64,000 nucleotides of DNA from Octopus vulgaris (GCA_951406725.2 OX597829.1:22940001-23004000), one strand, 5' to 3'; numbered from the stretch's first letter, positions 12,976 through 27,675 are shown. Program-made: numbers and translations. Notes: a model not told the origin generated them from the letters alone.

Positions 12976-13441
12976 TGTATGAATGTAATTGTGTGTATTA
13001 GTCGGTGTTTGTGTGTGTATGTGTCTCTCTCTGTCTGTATGACTGCGTGCTTTTGTGCGTGTGTGTGTGTGTGTCTGTCTGTATGAGTGTGTGTTTGTGT
13101 GTGTGTGTATGTGTCTGTCTGTATGAGTGCGTGCGTTTGTGTGCGTCTGTCTGTATGAGTGTGTGTATGCGTGTGTGTGTGTCTGTCTGTCTGTGTGAGT
13201 GTATGTTTGTGTATGTGTGTATGTGTCTGTCTGTATGAGTGTGTGTATGTGTGTGTGTGTCTGTATGAGTGTGTGTATGTGTGTGTGTGTCTGTGTGAGT
13301 GTATGTTTGTGTATGTGTGTATGTGTCTGTCTGTCTGTCTGTCTGTAAGAGTGTGTGCGTTTGTGTATGTGTGTGTGCGTTTGTGTGTGCGCGTTTGTGT
13401 GTGTGTAAGAGTGCGTGTGTGTGTGTACGTTTGTGTGTGTG

Positions 13442-13496
<55 letters not shown>

Positions 13497-13733
13497 ATGT
13501 ACGCCAGGAGTGTGGTATTCAGTGGTGTACATAAGTTCGCATGCAATGTAAATCGTTTCTTTTTTTCTCTTTTGCTTTGTCGAATATGCGCTGCCCGTGT
13601 AATTCAATTTCAAGTCTTGGTATAAGAATAACGTAAGTGTGTGTGCATGAGTGTGTGTATTTGTGTGTGTGTGCGTGTGTGCGTGTGCGTGTGTGCGTGT
13701 GCGTGTGTGTGCGTGCGTGTGTGCGTGTGTGTG

Positions 13734-13769
<36 letters not shown>

Positions 13770-13845
13770 AAAGGACAGCAAAGGCCGAAGAAGTAATATG
13801 TATAGCTATGTATCTCTTTACAGGATATGTTTGTGTGTGTGTGTA

Positions 13846-13886
<41 letters not shown>

Positions 13887-14076
13887 GAGGGAGGGAGGGA
13901 GACGAGGATGTGTATGCGAGTGTGGAAGGGAGCTGTGGTCGGACGACTGGAGAGAAGGGAGTAAAGACATGTATTTGTGTACTTTTTGGAGCTGACAAAA
14001 CGGAAACATCATGTATTTGGCGTGTGGCGTATTAAATGCGCGCGCGTGTGCGTGTATTAAAGTGTGTGTATGTAAA

Positions 14077-14114
<38 letters not shown>

Positions 14115-14125
14115 AATTGCGTGTG
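12900..14125. repeat. Long degenerate (GT)n / (GTCT)n / (GA)n microsatellite field
   Basis: Directly visible. It explains the His/Thr and Val/Cys ORFs. Confidence 0.9.
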
Positions 14126-14449
14126 TCATGTGTTCTTCAAGTGGGAGTGTGTGTGTGTTTCTATTGTGTAAATGAATGGGTGTGGATATGCGAGTCGTAC
14201 GCTCGTGTGTGTAGATAGATAGCTGTATGAGCTAAAAACAAGGTGTATATTACGGGAAGGAGTCGAGAAAATGTACGGCCCGATGTAAAAGTATGTGTGT
14301 GAGTGTATGTGTGAATGTGTCTGTTTGGGGGTGTATGAGCCAGGATTGTATGCGCGCGTATGTGTGCATGTATACATGTGTAGGTGTGTGTGGGGGTGTA
14401 CGTGTGCATGTGTATGTGTGTGCGTTTAGGCGGCTGGGGGAATATATCT

Positions 14450-14925
14450 GCAGAGATGCATGTTAGATAAACCGGGAAGAGAAGTTAAGTCAAAGGTGCA
14501 GAAGTTTGTAGAAAGAAGATGGGCTTCTGTTCCTTCTGGAAACGAGATACAGGAGATCCAAGGATAAGTTGAGGACCGAGAAGTACTAGGCAGATTGGTC
14601 GGAAGATCGACAAGTGACTCTCAAGCACTCCACTAAACTATCAGACAGACGGCAGCTCATTTACTAGAGGGTAAAATTATTCGCACAAGGAATATTTGAG
14701 CGCGTAGGTAAGGCTTAATGGAAATGCATCAGTAAGATTTCATATCGTCGAGGAAGCTGTGGTTGTGTGGTGAGGATTGGTGATGTTAGAAAGAGAAGAG
14801 CAAGGGCAAGCGCAACAGAGCCGAACAGGACAAGTCAGTAAAACAGAGATCCTACTGCGGGAGTGGAGACATGAAGAGACGAGGGGGTGACATGCTCGGA
14901 TTGGAGGCCACACGAACACCACCAT
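14450..14925 (-). mobile_element. Highly decayed LINE APE-endonuclease fragment
   Basis: Minus-strand remnants across frames (GGVRV, LRAQIFLV, LVDLPT, SLDLL) resemble the APE motifs GGV..., xxxGDFN region, LTQLVxxPT and LDL. There is no intact ORF. Confidence 0.35.
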
Positions 14926-15586
14926 TAGTCTACTAATTCATGGGGCGTTCTGCTCACTCTCGACTTTTTTTTTTCTCACCGCGCCGCACCACATCACATA
15001 AATTCACACCACCTATTTCCACGCCTTTAACATTTATATCTAACTTCAGATTTGAGCTCCCAGAAAAACCGATAGAGTCGAAGGGGCACCATTGTGTCAT
15101 ATGGTGTATTCCTGGCGTTTTGTATGTCAGAACGTAATCTTTCTACAGTTCTGAAAGGAGAAGGCTCCCCCACCCCCCCAATCCCGATTCATATAAAATT
15201 ATAGGGCCAGTTCCTCGGTTTTTGTGACATATATATATCCCACTACCACCACCACCACCACCACCAGACGGGGCGCCGATCCGTCGTAGAATTATTCATT
15301 TTTGCCTGCTGAGTGGACTAGAACAATGTGAAATGAAGTGTTCAACTCAAGCACATAATGTATTGTCCTGTGTAAATTAAGTCATTATTATTTCGATAAT
15401 AAAAATAGCGGAGTGAGAGAATTGACATAACCCCATTACAACCAAGTTAAAAATATCTTACAGTTCCAATATTACGATCTTGAATCCAACACTTTAACGA
15501 CAAAGTCATGCGTCTCCACTCTCCATGTCTGACTACACCCAATTTCTTCGAGAGAAAAATAATCGATAAAGACAGTAAAAAAGAGG

Positions 15587-15630
<44 letters not shown>

Positions 15631-16286
15631 GATATGAATGGACCACAGTAGTCAGTTGATATGCTTAAAATAGCAGTCAAATCTCTCTAGATTCATACTC
15701 TCCTGATTTATTAAAAACGAGATTGGAAAATGTAGTCCTTGTGTTGCGTTGGTTATGGTGTGTTGTATCCCTACGCTATAGTGTAACCTGCAGGTTTTTT
15801 TGTTGCCTTGTGTTGTATTCCATTTGTCTTGTTCCAGTTATTTTATTGTTATGGTCTCGTCTCGTGTTGTGCGTCACCTTGCATAGCCTTCAGTCAAAAT
15901 TCCCGCCATTCAGCAACGGTTAATCCGTCTAGCTGAAATTCAAATCAAACACTTCCGGTTGTCTTTCCGTTTGTCTCGTTTCCACAGAATTAGCAAGAAA
16001 ATCGTGAGTTAACGTTATAAACCACTCTTGCTTTCTAAACTTTTCTTCTCTATTTTCTGTCTGTAGAATTATTAAATATATATTTTTTTAAAAATCAGAT
16101 CCTACCCACCACTTCAAACATATTCTCATTTTTTTTTTTTTTTAAATGAAATTGACTTGGAAACTGTTGATGTTTTCAGTTAATGAAATTTTTTTTCTTC
16201 AGTTTAATTAGATTAAGAAAATAAACGAAATAAATTTCTGTTTTAGATATAACAAACATGACATACATACATCTTTCTGTCTATCT

Positions 16287-16346
<60 letters not shown>

Positions 16347-16402
16347 GTTTATCTATCTATCCATCTATTCTACCTTTTTTTCTCTCTATATCACTTTATC
16401 AA

Positions 16403-16455
<53 letters not shown>

Positions 16456-16964
16456 CATATACATACACATACATACATATAATATACGCACAAACACATA
16501 GATGCAGATACATGCATACATACACACATATATGCATAAAATACACATACAATGATATGTGAGTTTGTGCGTGCGTGCGTGCGTGCGTGCATGCGTGAGT
16601 GGGTGTGTAAATATGTATAAAACATACAAATATCCACACGTGTGTATACAGATTTCGGTGAACATTATATGATTATTTTGCTGGTTGAGATTTTAAAGAA
16701 AGAGAAAAGCGGGAGAAGCGTGTGTAACCAATGTGGCCTGATGGAGGGGGGAGGAGGAGGAAGGGGAGAAGGGGGGAAAGAAGGAAGGAAGGATGGAAGG
16801 GGGTGTTGGGACAGGAAGAACATAGAATACAAGTGGACAGTTTGACAACGACGACGACGATGATGATGATGATGATAATGACGATGATAATGATGATGGT
16901 GACGACGATGGTGATGGCATTGGTTGTGTAATGATAGCGACGAAATTGATGGTGGTGGTGGTGG

Positions 16965-17005
<41 letters not shown>

Positions 17006-17438
17006 GGTGGTGGTGGTGGTGGTGGTGGTTGTGGTAGTGGTGGTGATTAAGAAGATAAAAAAAAAAGAAAGCGCAAAGAGAAATAAAGAAAACAAGAAAA
17101 AGAACAAGAGAAAAAGAGAAAGGAAAAGAAAAGAAAAGAAAAAGAGCAAGAAAGAAAATAAAAGACAAATAAATAAATAAACCGCAAAAGAAAACCAGAA
17201 AAGGAAGGTAAGAAGGAAGGAAGGAAGGAAGGAAGAAATAGGAACGAGAAGTTTCTGAGAATAAAGAATTTTTCGAAATGTTTTTGAACACGAAAGTCTG
17301 TTATTACCATTCCTCTCTTCCAACACATCCGACTTGTTTTTCTCCTCTATACAACACGCACACGCACGCACACACATATATATATAGACATACACACACG
17401 CACACATATACACACATATATATATAGACATACACACA

Positions 17439-17469
<31 letters not shown>

Positions 17470-17829
17470 CACACACACACAGACATGCATACGCACACGC
17501 AGAGACCTCCCTCCCCCCCTCTATCACTTCAAGTTTCTTATTCCTATTCACTCGCAATTCTCTCTCTCCCTCTCCCTCTCCCTCTCTCTATCTCTCTCCT
17601 TGTCGCTCCCTCCCTATCTCCCTCCCTTTTTACCCCCCCTCCCCTCTCTCGGTTTTCTCCTCATCTCTTTTTTTTTTTTCTCTTATCGTCCCTCCTCTTT
17701 TTCTCTCACCCTTTTTCCCGTCCTTTTTTCTCATTCTTCTCTTCCTCAATTAATCACACTCTCCCTCACCCTTTTCCCCCACCCCTCCATCCCTTTACTT
17801 TCTCTCCCTCTTTCCCCCTCCCTTTCTCC

Positions 17830-17868
<39 letters not shown>

Positions 17869-17982
17869 CCATATCCAGGCTATTTTATGCCATTTTTTTT
17901 TTACCCCTCCCTCCCTCCCTTCCTTCCACTCAATCCCATCCCTAAATCTTTATCTTTCTCTATCGCTCACAACTTCCTCCTA

Positions 17983-18016
<34 letters not shown>

Positions 18017-18305
18017 TCACACACGCACACACACACACACCACACACGCGCGCTCTCCCTCCTCGTTTTTATCACTCCCTCCGTTCCCCTTCTTTCCATC
18101 GTTCTCACGCTGCCTGTTTCCCCCACCGCCGTTCTCCCATCTTCCCTATCCCGGGGAAATACTGACACGCGTACACAGGTTATCAGTAGCAAAGTTATAG
18201 GATACACGTGTGCGTGTGTGCATGAGAGGGAACGTGTATGTGCGCATGTGTATGTATGGTGTGCGTAGCACATATATGAATGTATGTTTGTGTCTAGTTG
18301 TTTGA

Positions 18306-18369
<64 letters not shown>

Positions 18370-18977
18370 TATGTATAAATATATATATATATATATATAT
18401 AAGTATATATAAACACATAATTATAATTGTGGAAGGGGGTATATAATATGTGTTAGTACGTATGAGTGTGTATGTGTGCGCTGTATAAAGGGTATTGATG
18501 ACTCCGTGAATGTGTTAGTGCTTACGTTCTTGTCTTTGTATGTATGCAAATATATATATATATATATATGTATGTATGTGTGTATGTGTGTGTGTGTGTA
18601 TCTATATACGTACATACATACACATGTGTATGTATGTATGCATTATACTTGTCTAAATATACACACGCGTTTGAATATATGTATGTATGCATCGGTATTT
18701 GTATGTCTATATATATATATATATGTGTGTGTTCGTATGCATTTTTACATGAATGCACCCTTTGCTGCTATTTATTTTTTTTGGTGTGTGTGTATTTATG
18801 TGTGTATGTGTGTGTGTGTGTGTGTGTACGAGTTTGTCTATATGTGTGCGTCAGTGTGTGAGTGTATGCATATCTGATTGCATGTGAGCAAAATACTTTG
18901 TATTAGATACATAGATATGTCTGTATGTATATTTATATACGTATCTATGAATGTATTTATTACATTATGTACGTTTG

Positions 18978-19008
<31 letters not shown>

Positions 19009-19383
19009 ATAAATATGTATGTATGTGTGTATCTATATAAGTGGGTATGTATGTAAGTGTCTTTCTATTTTTCTATCTATGTGTAAGTAAATACTACACA
19101 CATCAAATTGTTTTCCCACCAAATTTTTAAGAAGAATAATAAACATCGAAGAACAGAACCCTCCGTTGTCTTAGAAACAACAGCCAACTCCCTCTGAAAT
19201 TACACTCTAGCTTCTGAAAATGGGAGTGACAGATAACGTGGTCATAAATACCCTTAAATGTTGTGATGGTCATGGCTAGAATACTTTCGATCTTTGATGC
19301 CTGGAATAGCATTGTCTTAGAGCTAAATGACAGCACTGACAACATTTTTCACCACCAACACCCATACATACATATATACATTT

Positions 19384-19415
<32 letters not shown>

Positions 19416-19425
19416 GTATATGTAT

Positions 19426-19584
19426 GTCGCAGGCGTGGCTGTATGGTAGGAAACTTGCATCTCAACCACATGGTTACGGGTTCAGTCCCGCTGCGTGGCA
19501 CGTTGGGCAAATCTCGTCTACTTCATCTCAGGCTGACCAAGTCTTGAGTGAATTTGGTAGACGGAAACTGGAAGAAACCCGTCG

Positions 19585-19641
<57 letters not shown>

Positions 19642-19838
19642 TTGTCTCCCTATCTCGTCGTTTGAAAACCGATGTTGGTGTGTTTACGTCCACGTAACTT
19701 AGCGTTTTGATAAAGTACCCGATAGAAAATAAGTACTAGGCTTACAAAGACTAAGTCCTGGAGGTCGATTTGCTCGACTAAAGGCGGTGCTCCAGCATGG
19801 CCACAGCCAAGTGACAGAAACAAGTAAAAGAATAAAAG
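19426..19838 (+). mobile_element. SINE family A
   Basis: Full-length homology to family A. Confidence 0.85.
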
Positions 19839-19853
19839 TTATATATATATATT

Positions 19854-19885
<32 letters not shown>

Positions 19886-20548
19886 TAATATATATACGGT
19901 TCGTGACGTTATGTGCCCACGTATGCATATATGTATATATACGTATAGATGTATGTACATATATGTATGTATATATGCATACACACACACACACACATAT
20001 ATATGTATTATTTATATTATCGTATATATATGTATATGCATGCTCTCATTTGTGTGTCGAAGTTTGTGTATATATATATAGGCGGCGCGCGCGTGCGTGC
20101 GTGCGTACGTGTGTGCGTGCGTGTGTGTATAAAGTATATTTTGAACAAAGCAAGCACTTCGTTTATGTATGTCTGGTAAAAAATACGGAGGCGTGTATAT
20201 ATATATATATATACATAGAGGCGACAAACATGTGTGTAGGAAGCATGTAAGACACCCTCCCTCCGTCTCTCTCTGACACACACACGCACACACACGCACG
20301 CGCATACATATACACCCAAACATAACATTCATATGTGCGCGCGCGCGTGTCTGTGTGCGCGCGCGTGTGTGTGTGTGTGTGTGAAAAGTCATGTAATGAC
20401 AACTCCGTATCTTTTTCTATTTAAATATGCGAGGCAGCATCAAGACGTTTCGAGGGTAGAGGGCACGTGCAATGGACAGCACACTTCTAGGAAGCCATGC
20501 CTACAATACAAAAGCCATCACGCACACGCACGCATATATATATATTGA

Positions 20549-20970
20549 GGGCGGTGAGCTGGCAGAAGCGTTAGCACGCACGCCGGGCGAAATGCGTAGC
20601 CGTACGTATTTCGTCTGCCGTTATACGTTCTGAGCTGAGTTCAAATTCCGCCGAGGTCGACTTTGGCCTTTCATCCTTTTCGGGGGTCGATAAATTAAGT
20701 ACTAGTTACGCACTGGGGATCGATGTAGTCGACTTAATCCATTTCTCTGTCCTTGTTTTTCCCCTCTGTGTTTAGCCCCTTGTGGGTAATAAAGAAATAG
20801 GTATTTCGTCTGCCGTTACGTTCTGAGTTCAAATTCCGCCGAGGTCGACTTTGCCTTTCATCCTTTTCGGAGGTCGATAAATTAAGTACTTAGTTACGCA
20901 GTGGAGGTCGATGTAGTCGACTTAATCCATTTCTCTGTCCTTGTTTGTCCCCTTGTGGGTAATAAAGAAA
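20549..20970 (+). mobile_element. SINE family B with an internally duplicated body
   Basis: Head at 20549, then the gtatttcgtctgccgttacg...gggtaataaagaaa body twice in tandem. Confidence 0.85.
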
Positions 20971-20998
20971 AAAATATATATATATATATATATATATA

Positions 20999-21394
20999 GG
21001 CGCAGGAGTGGCTGTGTGGTAAGTAGCTTGCTAACCAACCACATGGTTCTGGGTTCAGTCCCACTGCGTGGCATCTTTGGCAAGTGTCTTCTGCTATAGC
21101 CCCAGGCCGACCAATGCCTTGTGAGTGGATTTGGTAGACGGAAACTGAAAGAAGCCTGTCGTATATATGTATATGTATTTATGTGTATGTGTTTGTGTGT
21201 CTGTGTTTGTACCCCTAGCATTGCTTGACAACCGATGCTGGTGTATTTACGTCCCCGTCACTTAGCGGTTCGGCAAAAGAGACCGATAGAATAAGTACTG
21301 GGCTTACAAAGAATAAGTCCCGGGGTCGATTTTCTCGACTAAAGGCGGTGCTTCAGCATGGCCGCAGTCAAATGACTGAAACATGTAAAAGAGT
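20999..21394 (+). mobile_element. SINE family A
   Basis: Full length. Forms a tail-to-tail inverted pair with 21540-21911. Confidence 0.85.
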
Positions 21395-21539
21395 ATATAT
21401 GTGTGTGTGTATATATATATGTTTTTGTAAACACAGTTACAAGAGGACTTAAAATGTTTTTACATCCGTACATTTATGTGTGTGTATGTGTGTAAAATAC
21501 TTATACATATACGTATACATACACACACACACAGAGACA

Positions 21540-21911
21540 CTCTTTTACTTCAGTCATTTGACTCTGGCCATGCTGGAGCACCGCCTTTAAGTCGAGAAAA
21601 TCGACCCCAGGACTTATTCTTTGTAAGCTTAGAACTTATTCTATCGGTTCTCTTTTGCCGAACTGCTAAGTGACGGGGATGTAAACATACCAGCATCGGT
21701 TGTCAAGCAATGCTAGGGGGACAAACACAGACACACAAACACATACATATGTATACATATATACGACAGGCTTCTTTCAGTTTCCGTCTACCAAATCCAC
21801 TCACAAGGCATTGGTCGGCCCGGGGCTATAGCAGAAGATGCCACGCAGTGGGACTGAACCCGGAACCATGTGGTTGGTTAGCAAGCTACTTACCACGCAG
21901 CCACTCCTGCA
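21540..21911 (-). mobile_element. SINE family A
   Basis: Full-length homology to family A. Confidence 0.85.
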
Positions 21912-22834
21912 TATATATAGTCATAATATATGTTCATGTCGAGACATCCATAATCGCGCGCCTATACATATAGAAAGCCATACATACTCTCACATAATAC
22001 ACACGTGTGTGAGTACAAGGAGATATAGAAAATCAAACGCCTTTCGTTGTTGCTGCTGTTGTTATTGTTGTTCTTTGTTGTAGTAGTTGTTGTTATTATT
22101 GTTGTTTAACCTCTGCTTAGTTGTTTCGTTAAGATTCAAACCGTTGCCAGCCCCAGGGTGGGTCTAGATTTCTCCGGTCTGATGATAACACTCCCCTTCC
22201 TACTGTCTCAGAGTCTCTAGAAAGGAGGGGGGGACGTGAGTGCCACTGTATCTAAGTCATGGAAATATTATACAAAACTAGGCCCTTCCAGCCGTGACTG
22301 TCTGATGTTTTGATGAGTAAGTTCCTTATTTAAAACAGTAAGGTGATGTGTTTTGATGGAGATTTGGCTGCTATATCTAGCTGGACGAGTGATCTTATAT
22401 CAGCTTGTTTGCCGACTCGTGTATGTGTATGTGTGTGATGCTATGTATGTGTTTTGAATGTATGTGTTAGTGTGCGTATGTGGTGTCGAAGAGTGTTGTG
22501 ATGTCTGGCTTTGGCTGTGTTCGTTAATGTGTGTATGCGTATATGTGCTTGTGTCTAGGTAAGTATGTGTGTGTGTGTGTGTGTGTGCTTGTATTCTATA
22601 TGTGTATGTTGCACGCGTGTGCCGTATGGAGTTGTATGAGGTGGTGTATGCTTATGTGTGTGCGTTTATGCTGATATTGGCTTTCAGCTTACACCATTAC
22701 TCGCGTGTGCGCCGCACAGACACTCGTCGCGCGTGCAAGCGCACGCGAAGTGTCGAACTGTGAGATACGACGACAGCGAGAAATAGCAGTCAAACATCCC
22801 TCAAATCACATCTTTGCTGTTTTAAGACATATTG

Positions 22835-22884
<50 letters not shown>

Positions 22885-23319
22885 GCCTTCTGCCCCTCAC
22901 ACACACATACAGAAGGGACTGTCATGGTTTGAAAGCCTTTGACATAATAGGCCGGGTAACTTAGCAATGACCTAGGGTTACAATAACAACATCAACAACA
23001 ACTACAACAAAAGCAATAATACCAATAACAAAATTAACTTTTAACAACAGCAGCAGTAGCAACAATAACACCAACAAATACAAGGTCTCCATTCTCCAAA
23101 CTACCATTTCCCACCAAGACTTTCTCAAAGTTCATCCGATCTTACCCCCCCCCCCCTACTTTTTCCTCCTCGTTCCCCGACTCTTTGTTTTTCTATCCTT
23201 TCACTCGGCTTGTCTTTCGTCTTTCTATTGCTCATTTCTCCGTCCTTAATCAAAAAATAAGAAAAAGAAAAAAAAAAAAAATGAAAAGAAAATGCATTGT
23301 GCATTATTGTCTATAACAT

Positions 23320-23358
<39 letters not shown>

Positions 23359-23457
23359 TACACCCTCAAATACACTAGTCCTGTCACAACCCTTCTCTCT
23401 CTCTCTCAAAAAGTTCTGCTAACTTTACGAGCCTGTGTATGTGTGGGTGCATATATA

Positions 23458-23498
<41 letters not shown>

Positions 23499-23581
23499 AT
23501 ACACACATACACATAAGTGTAATATATATATATTATATGTTACACATATTTTGCACATACACACGTACACGTATAGTATCA

Positions 23582-23622
<41 letters not shown>

Positions 23623-23629
23623 ATTCAAA

Positions 23630-23835
23630 ATGTGACCGCGTGTGTACCGTTGGCGATTTTTTTTCCTCTGTCTTCCCTTCTCTGGATCTTTCCCTCTCCT
23701 ATGTTTCCGACGAAGAGCTCCGCTCGAACCGTTAAACCCTCCTTTTTTTTTTCCGTGAGCGTCCAGTAATACTATATTTGTTCCACGTCCTCGCGTTGTT
23801 GTTTTTTTTTTGTGCTTTCTTGTTTGGATTAACTT
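23630..23835 (+). mobile_element. Hammerhead-motif cassette family H1 in (TATC)n
   Basis: Motif gttt-CCGACGA-a-gagc-tcc-gctc-GAAC-cg-TT-aaac at 23703-23737 (core mutated). Highly similar to 38495-38732. Confidence 0.65.
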
Positions 23836-24058
23836 TATCTATCTATCTTCCCCTTTTTTTTTTAAATTTTATTCCCCCCCTTTTTGTCCTCTTTCTTTCC
23901 CTTTACGATCCCTTTTGATCGAAAACCAAACCCCCTTTTCTTACCCCCAAAAGAAAAGCTCTACCTTATAATTTGTCCTGTCTGTGTGCAGCTCTGTGTG
24001 GCTAATAAAGAAACATATCTATCTATCTATTTATCTATCTATCTGTCTGTCTATCTAC

Positions 24059-24166
<108 letters not shown>

Positions 24167-24487
24167 CTGTCTGTCTGTCTGTCTATCTATCAGTTTATCT
24201 GTCTGTCTATCTAGCTATCTGTATATCTATCTTTGTGCATATACACGCACATACACACACGCATAGATGTACATGAAACAACACAGAATAACTTAACATG
24301 CAACATGCAGTCCAGATCATAACCACATGATATTAAAAAAAGGACACACATACACACACATAACTTCACAGCATAACAGCATTCAACAAGAAAGAATAAC
24401 AGTCAACAAACAATGCAAGAATACAAAAAACACAACCGCGTAAAACATAATAACACAGTTACATAGAAAACAAAATAAAGAACATAA

Positions 24488-24711
24488 CTCTTTTCTCTCT
24501 TTTACTTGTTTCAGTCATTTGACTGTGGCCATGCTGGAGCACCGCCTTTAATCGAGCAACTCGACCCCGGGACTTATTCTTTTGTAAGCCCAGTACTTAT
24601 TCTATCGGTCTCTTTTGCCGAACCGCTAAGTAACGGGGACATAAACACACCAGCATCGGTTGTCAAGCGATGTTGGGGGGACAAACACAGACACACAAAC
24701 ACACACACACA

Positions 24712-24755
<44 letters not shown>

Positions 24756-24868
24756 TATGACGGGCTTCTTTCAGTTTCCGTCTACCAAATCCACTCACAA
24801 GGCTTTGGTCGGCCCGAGGCTATAGTAGAAGGAACAATGTGGTTGGTTAGCAAGCTACTTACCACACA
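24488..24868 (-). mobile_element. SINE family A (internal deletion in the head)
   Basis: Homology to family A. Confidence 0.85.
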
Positions 24869-25280
24869 ACATATATATATATATATATATACGCCGAGGT
24901 TCTTTCAGTTCCAGCCTAGCAAATTCACTCAGGTGCCCCACGCCAGTAGCTCTGAACCCGGAAGCAAGTTCCTTACCAATCAGTGAACCCGAACTACCTA
25001 TGTTACGTATTGCTTTCAAATTTTGGCACAAGGTCAACAATTTCGAAGAAGAGAGTTAAAATCGCTTACATCGACAAACACTGTGCTCAACTGGTACTAA
25101 TTTTATCGATCCAGACGAGGATGAAAAGCCGAAGCCGACCTCGGTGGAATTCGAACTCAGAACGTAAAGACAAACGAAATGGTGCAATGCATTCTGCCCC
25201 GGCGTGCTTAACGATTCTGCCAGCTCGCTGTCATATTTATGTTACGTATTCCTGTGTTCTGCGTTATGATGTGTTGTTAT

Positions 25281-25687
25281 GGTGCTGGCTGTGTGGTAAG
25301 TAGCTTGCTAACCAACCACATGGTTCCGGGTTCAGTCCGTCCCACTGCGTGGCATCTTGGGCAAGTGTCTTCTGCTATAGCCCCGAGCCGACCAATGCCT
25401 TGTGAGTGGATTTGATAGACGGAAACTGAAAGAAGCCTGTCGTATATATGTATATATATATGTGTATGTGTGTGTGTTTGTGTGTCTGTGTTTGTTCCCC
25501 TAGCATTGCTTGACAACCTATGCTGGTGTGTTTACGTCCCCGTCACTTAGCGGTTCGGAAAAAGAGACCGATAGAATAAGTACTGGGCTTACAAAGAATA
25601 AGACCCGGGGTCGATTTGCTCGACTAAAGGCGGTGCTCCAGCATGGCCGCAGTCAAATGACTGAAACAAGTAAAAGAGTAAAAGAGA

Positions 25688-25688
<1 letters not shown>
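25281..25688 (+). mobile_element. SINE family A
   Basis: Full-length homology to family A. Confidence 0.85.
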
Positions 25689-25723
<35 letters not shown>

Positions 25724-26115
25724 CATTATGTCGTACGTGAATGAGAGGATTTGCATCCCCAACCAAGAATTTTTGATGTAACACATGTCCTTGTGGAAGC
25801 TGTTGTGCGCGGCTGAAGAAGGCCACAGACATACATTATGCATTGTTATAAATCTGTCTAATAAAGGCCCGAAACATATGTACCGCTGAATCCTTCGCAT
25901 CATGTTTTTATTTTATTTTGATCAATTTATATATATATATATATATATACATACGCCGAGTTCGTCCACGATCATCGCTTGACGGCCGCTATTGGTTTGT
26001 TTACGTCACGAACAGGCTTTAAATTTAAGTTACTGACAGAGGTCGATTTGGTCGACTAAAAACCCTTCAATTGCAGGTACCCCAGCATGACTGAAACAAG
26101 TGAAAGATACAAGAT

Positions 26116-26162
<47 letters not shown>

Positions 26163-26184
26163 CCTACCTACCTACCTACCTACC

Positions 26185-26238
<54 letters not shown>

Positions 26239-26254
26239 TCTACATACACACACG

Positions 26255-26661
26255 CACGTGTATATATAAACATCGTTCTTTGTTAGTCAAATTTAGGTCC
26301 ACAACACTCCTTAGTTTGGTTGCTAGTTTTGTTATTGTCAGTAGTAGTAGTAGTAATAGTGATGGTGGTGGTGGTGGTTGTTGTAGTGGTGGGGAGGTGG
26401 TTACATGTGTAGCAAAATTTTATTAGTGGAAAAGAAGGGTAGGTGTGACTTAGAAATGGGGGGGGTGAGGCGATTTTCGTCAAGAAAAAAACCAAAAAAA
26501 CAAGTAAAAATACCGAACAAACAGAAAGATTGAAAGAAAGAAGAAAGCAGAAATGAGAGAAGTATACAAAGGAAAACACACACACACACACATTCATATA
26601 TAGATATTTAGATAGATATATACATACATACATACATATATACATACGTACATATATACGT

Positions 26662-26718
<57 letters not shown>

Positions 26719-26874
26719 CGCCGGAGTGGCTGTGTGGTAAGTAGCTTGCTTACCAACCACATGGTTACGGGTTCACTACCACTGCGTGGCATCTTGGGCA
26801 AGTGTCTTCTGCTATAGCCCCGGGCCGACCAATGCCTTGTAGACGGAAACTGAAAGAAGCCTGTCGTATATATG

Positions 26875-26929
<55 letters not shown>

Positions 26930-27135
26930 CTGTGTTTGTCCTCCTAGCATTGCTTGACAACCGATGCTGGTGTGTTTACGTCCCCGTCACTTAGCGGTTT
27001 CGGCAAAAGAGAACCGATAGAATAAGTACTGGGCTTACAAAGAATAAGTCCCCGGGGTCGATTTGCTCGACTAAAGGCGTTGCTCCAGCATGGCCGCAGT
27101 CAAATGACTGAAACAAGTAAAAGAGTAAAAGAGAG

Positions 27136-27168
<33 letters not shown>

Positions 27169-27482
27169 ATAGCTAGCTAGCTAGATAGGTAAATAGATAG
27201 ATAGATTTGGGTGTATTGAAATATATATATGAATGTGTGTGTGTGTGTGTGTTTTCCTTTGTATACTTCTCTCATTTCTGCTTTCTTCTTTCTTTCAATC
27301 TTTCTGTTTGTTCGGTATTTTTACTTGTTTTTTTTTTGTTAGTTTTCTTGACGAAAATCACCTCACCCCTCCCCCCACTATTTCTAAGTTACACCTACTC
27401 TTCTTTTCCACTAATAAGATATTGCTACACATGTAACCACCTCCCCACCACTACAACCACCACCACCACCACCACCACCACC

Positions 27483-27518
<36 letters not shown>

Positions 27519-27617
27519 GACAATAACAAAATCAGCAACTAAGCTAAGGAGTGTTGTGGACCTAAATTTGATTAACAAAGAACGATGTTTATATATATAT
27601 ATATATATATACACGTG
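26255..27617. repeat. Inverted duplication (arms 26255-26602 and 27222-27617) enclosing a family A SINE (26717-27136, +)
   Basis: The arms are reverse complements with roughly a dozen substitutions and microsatellite length differences. (TA)n tracts lie at the junctions. Confidence 0.9.
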
Positions 27618-27641
27618 TGTGTGTTTGTGTATGTATGTATA

Positions 27642-27675
<34 letters not shown>

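Noticed and set aside
16665-18270. His/Ser/Pro-rich ORFs suggesting a transcription factor
   Set aside because: Built from (CAT)n, (CAC)n and (CT)n tracts with no DNA-binding domain. It could be UTR or promoter sequence, but this cannot be supported from sequence alone.
22175-22230. CTGATGA followed by a distant GAAA as a hammerhead
   Set aside because: No convincing stems I and III or NUH triplet in the correct register.
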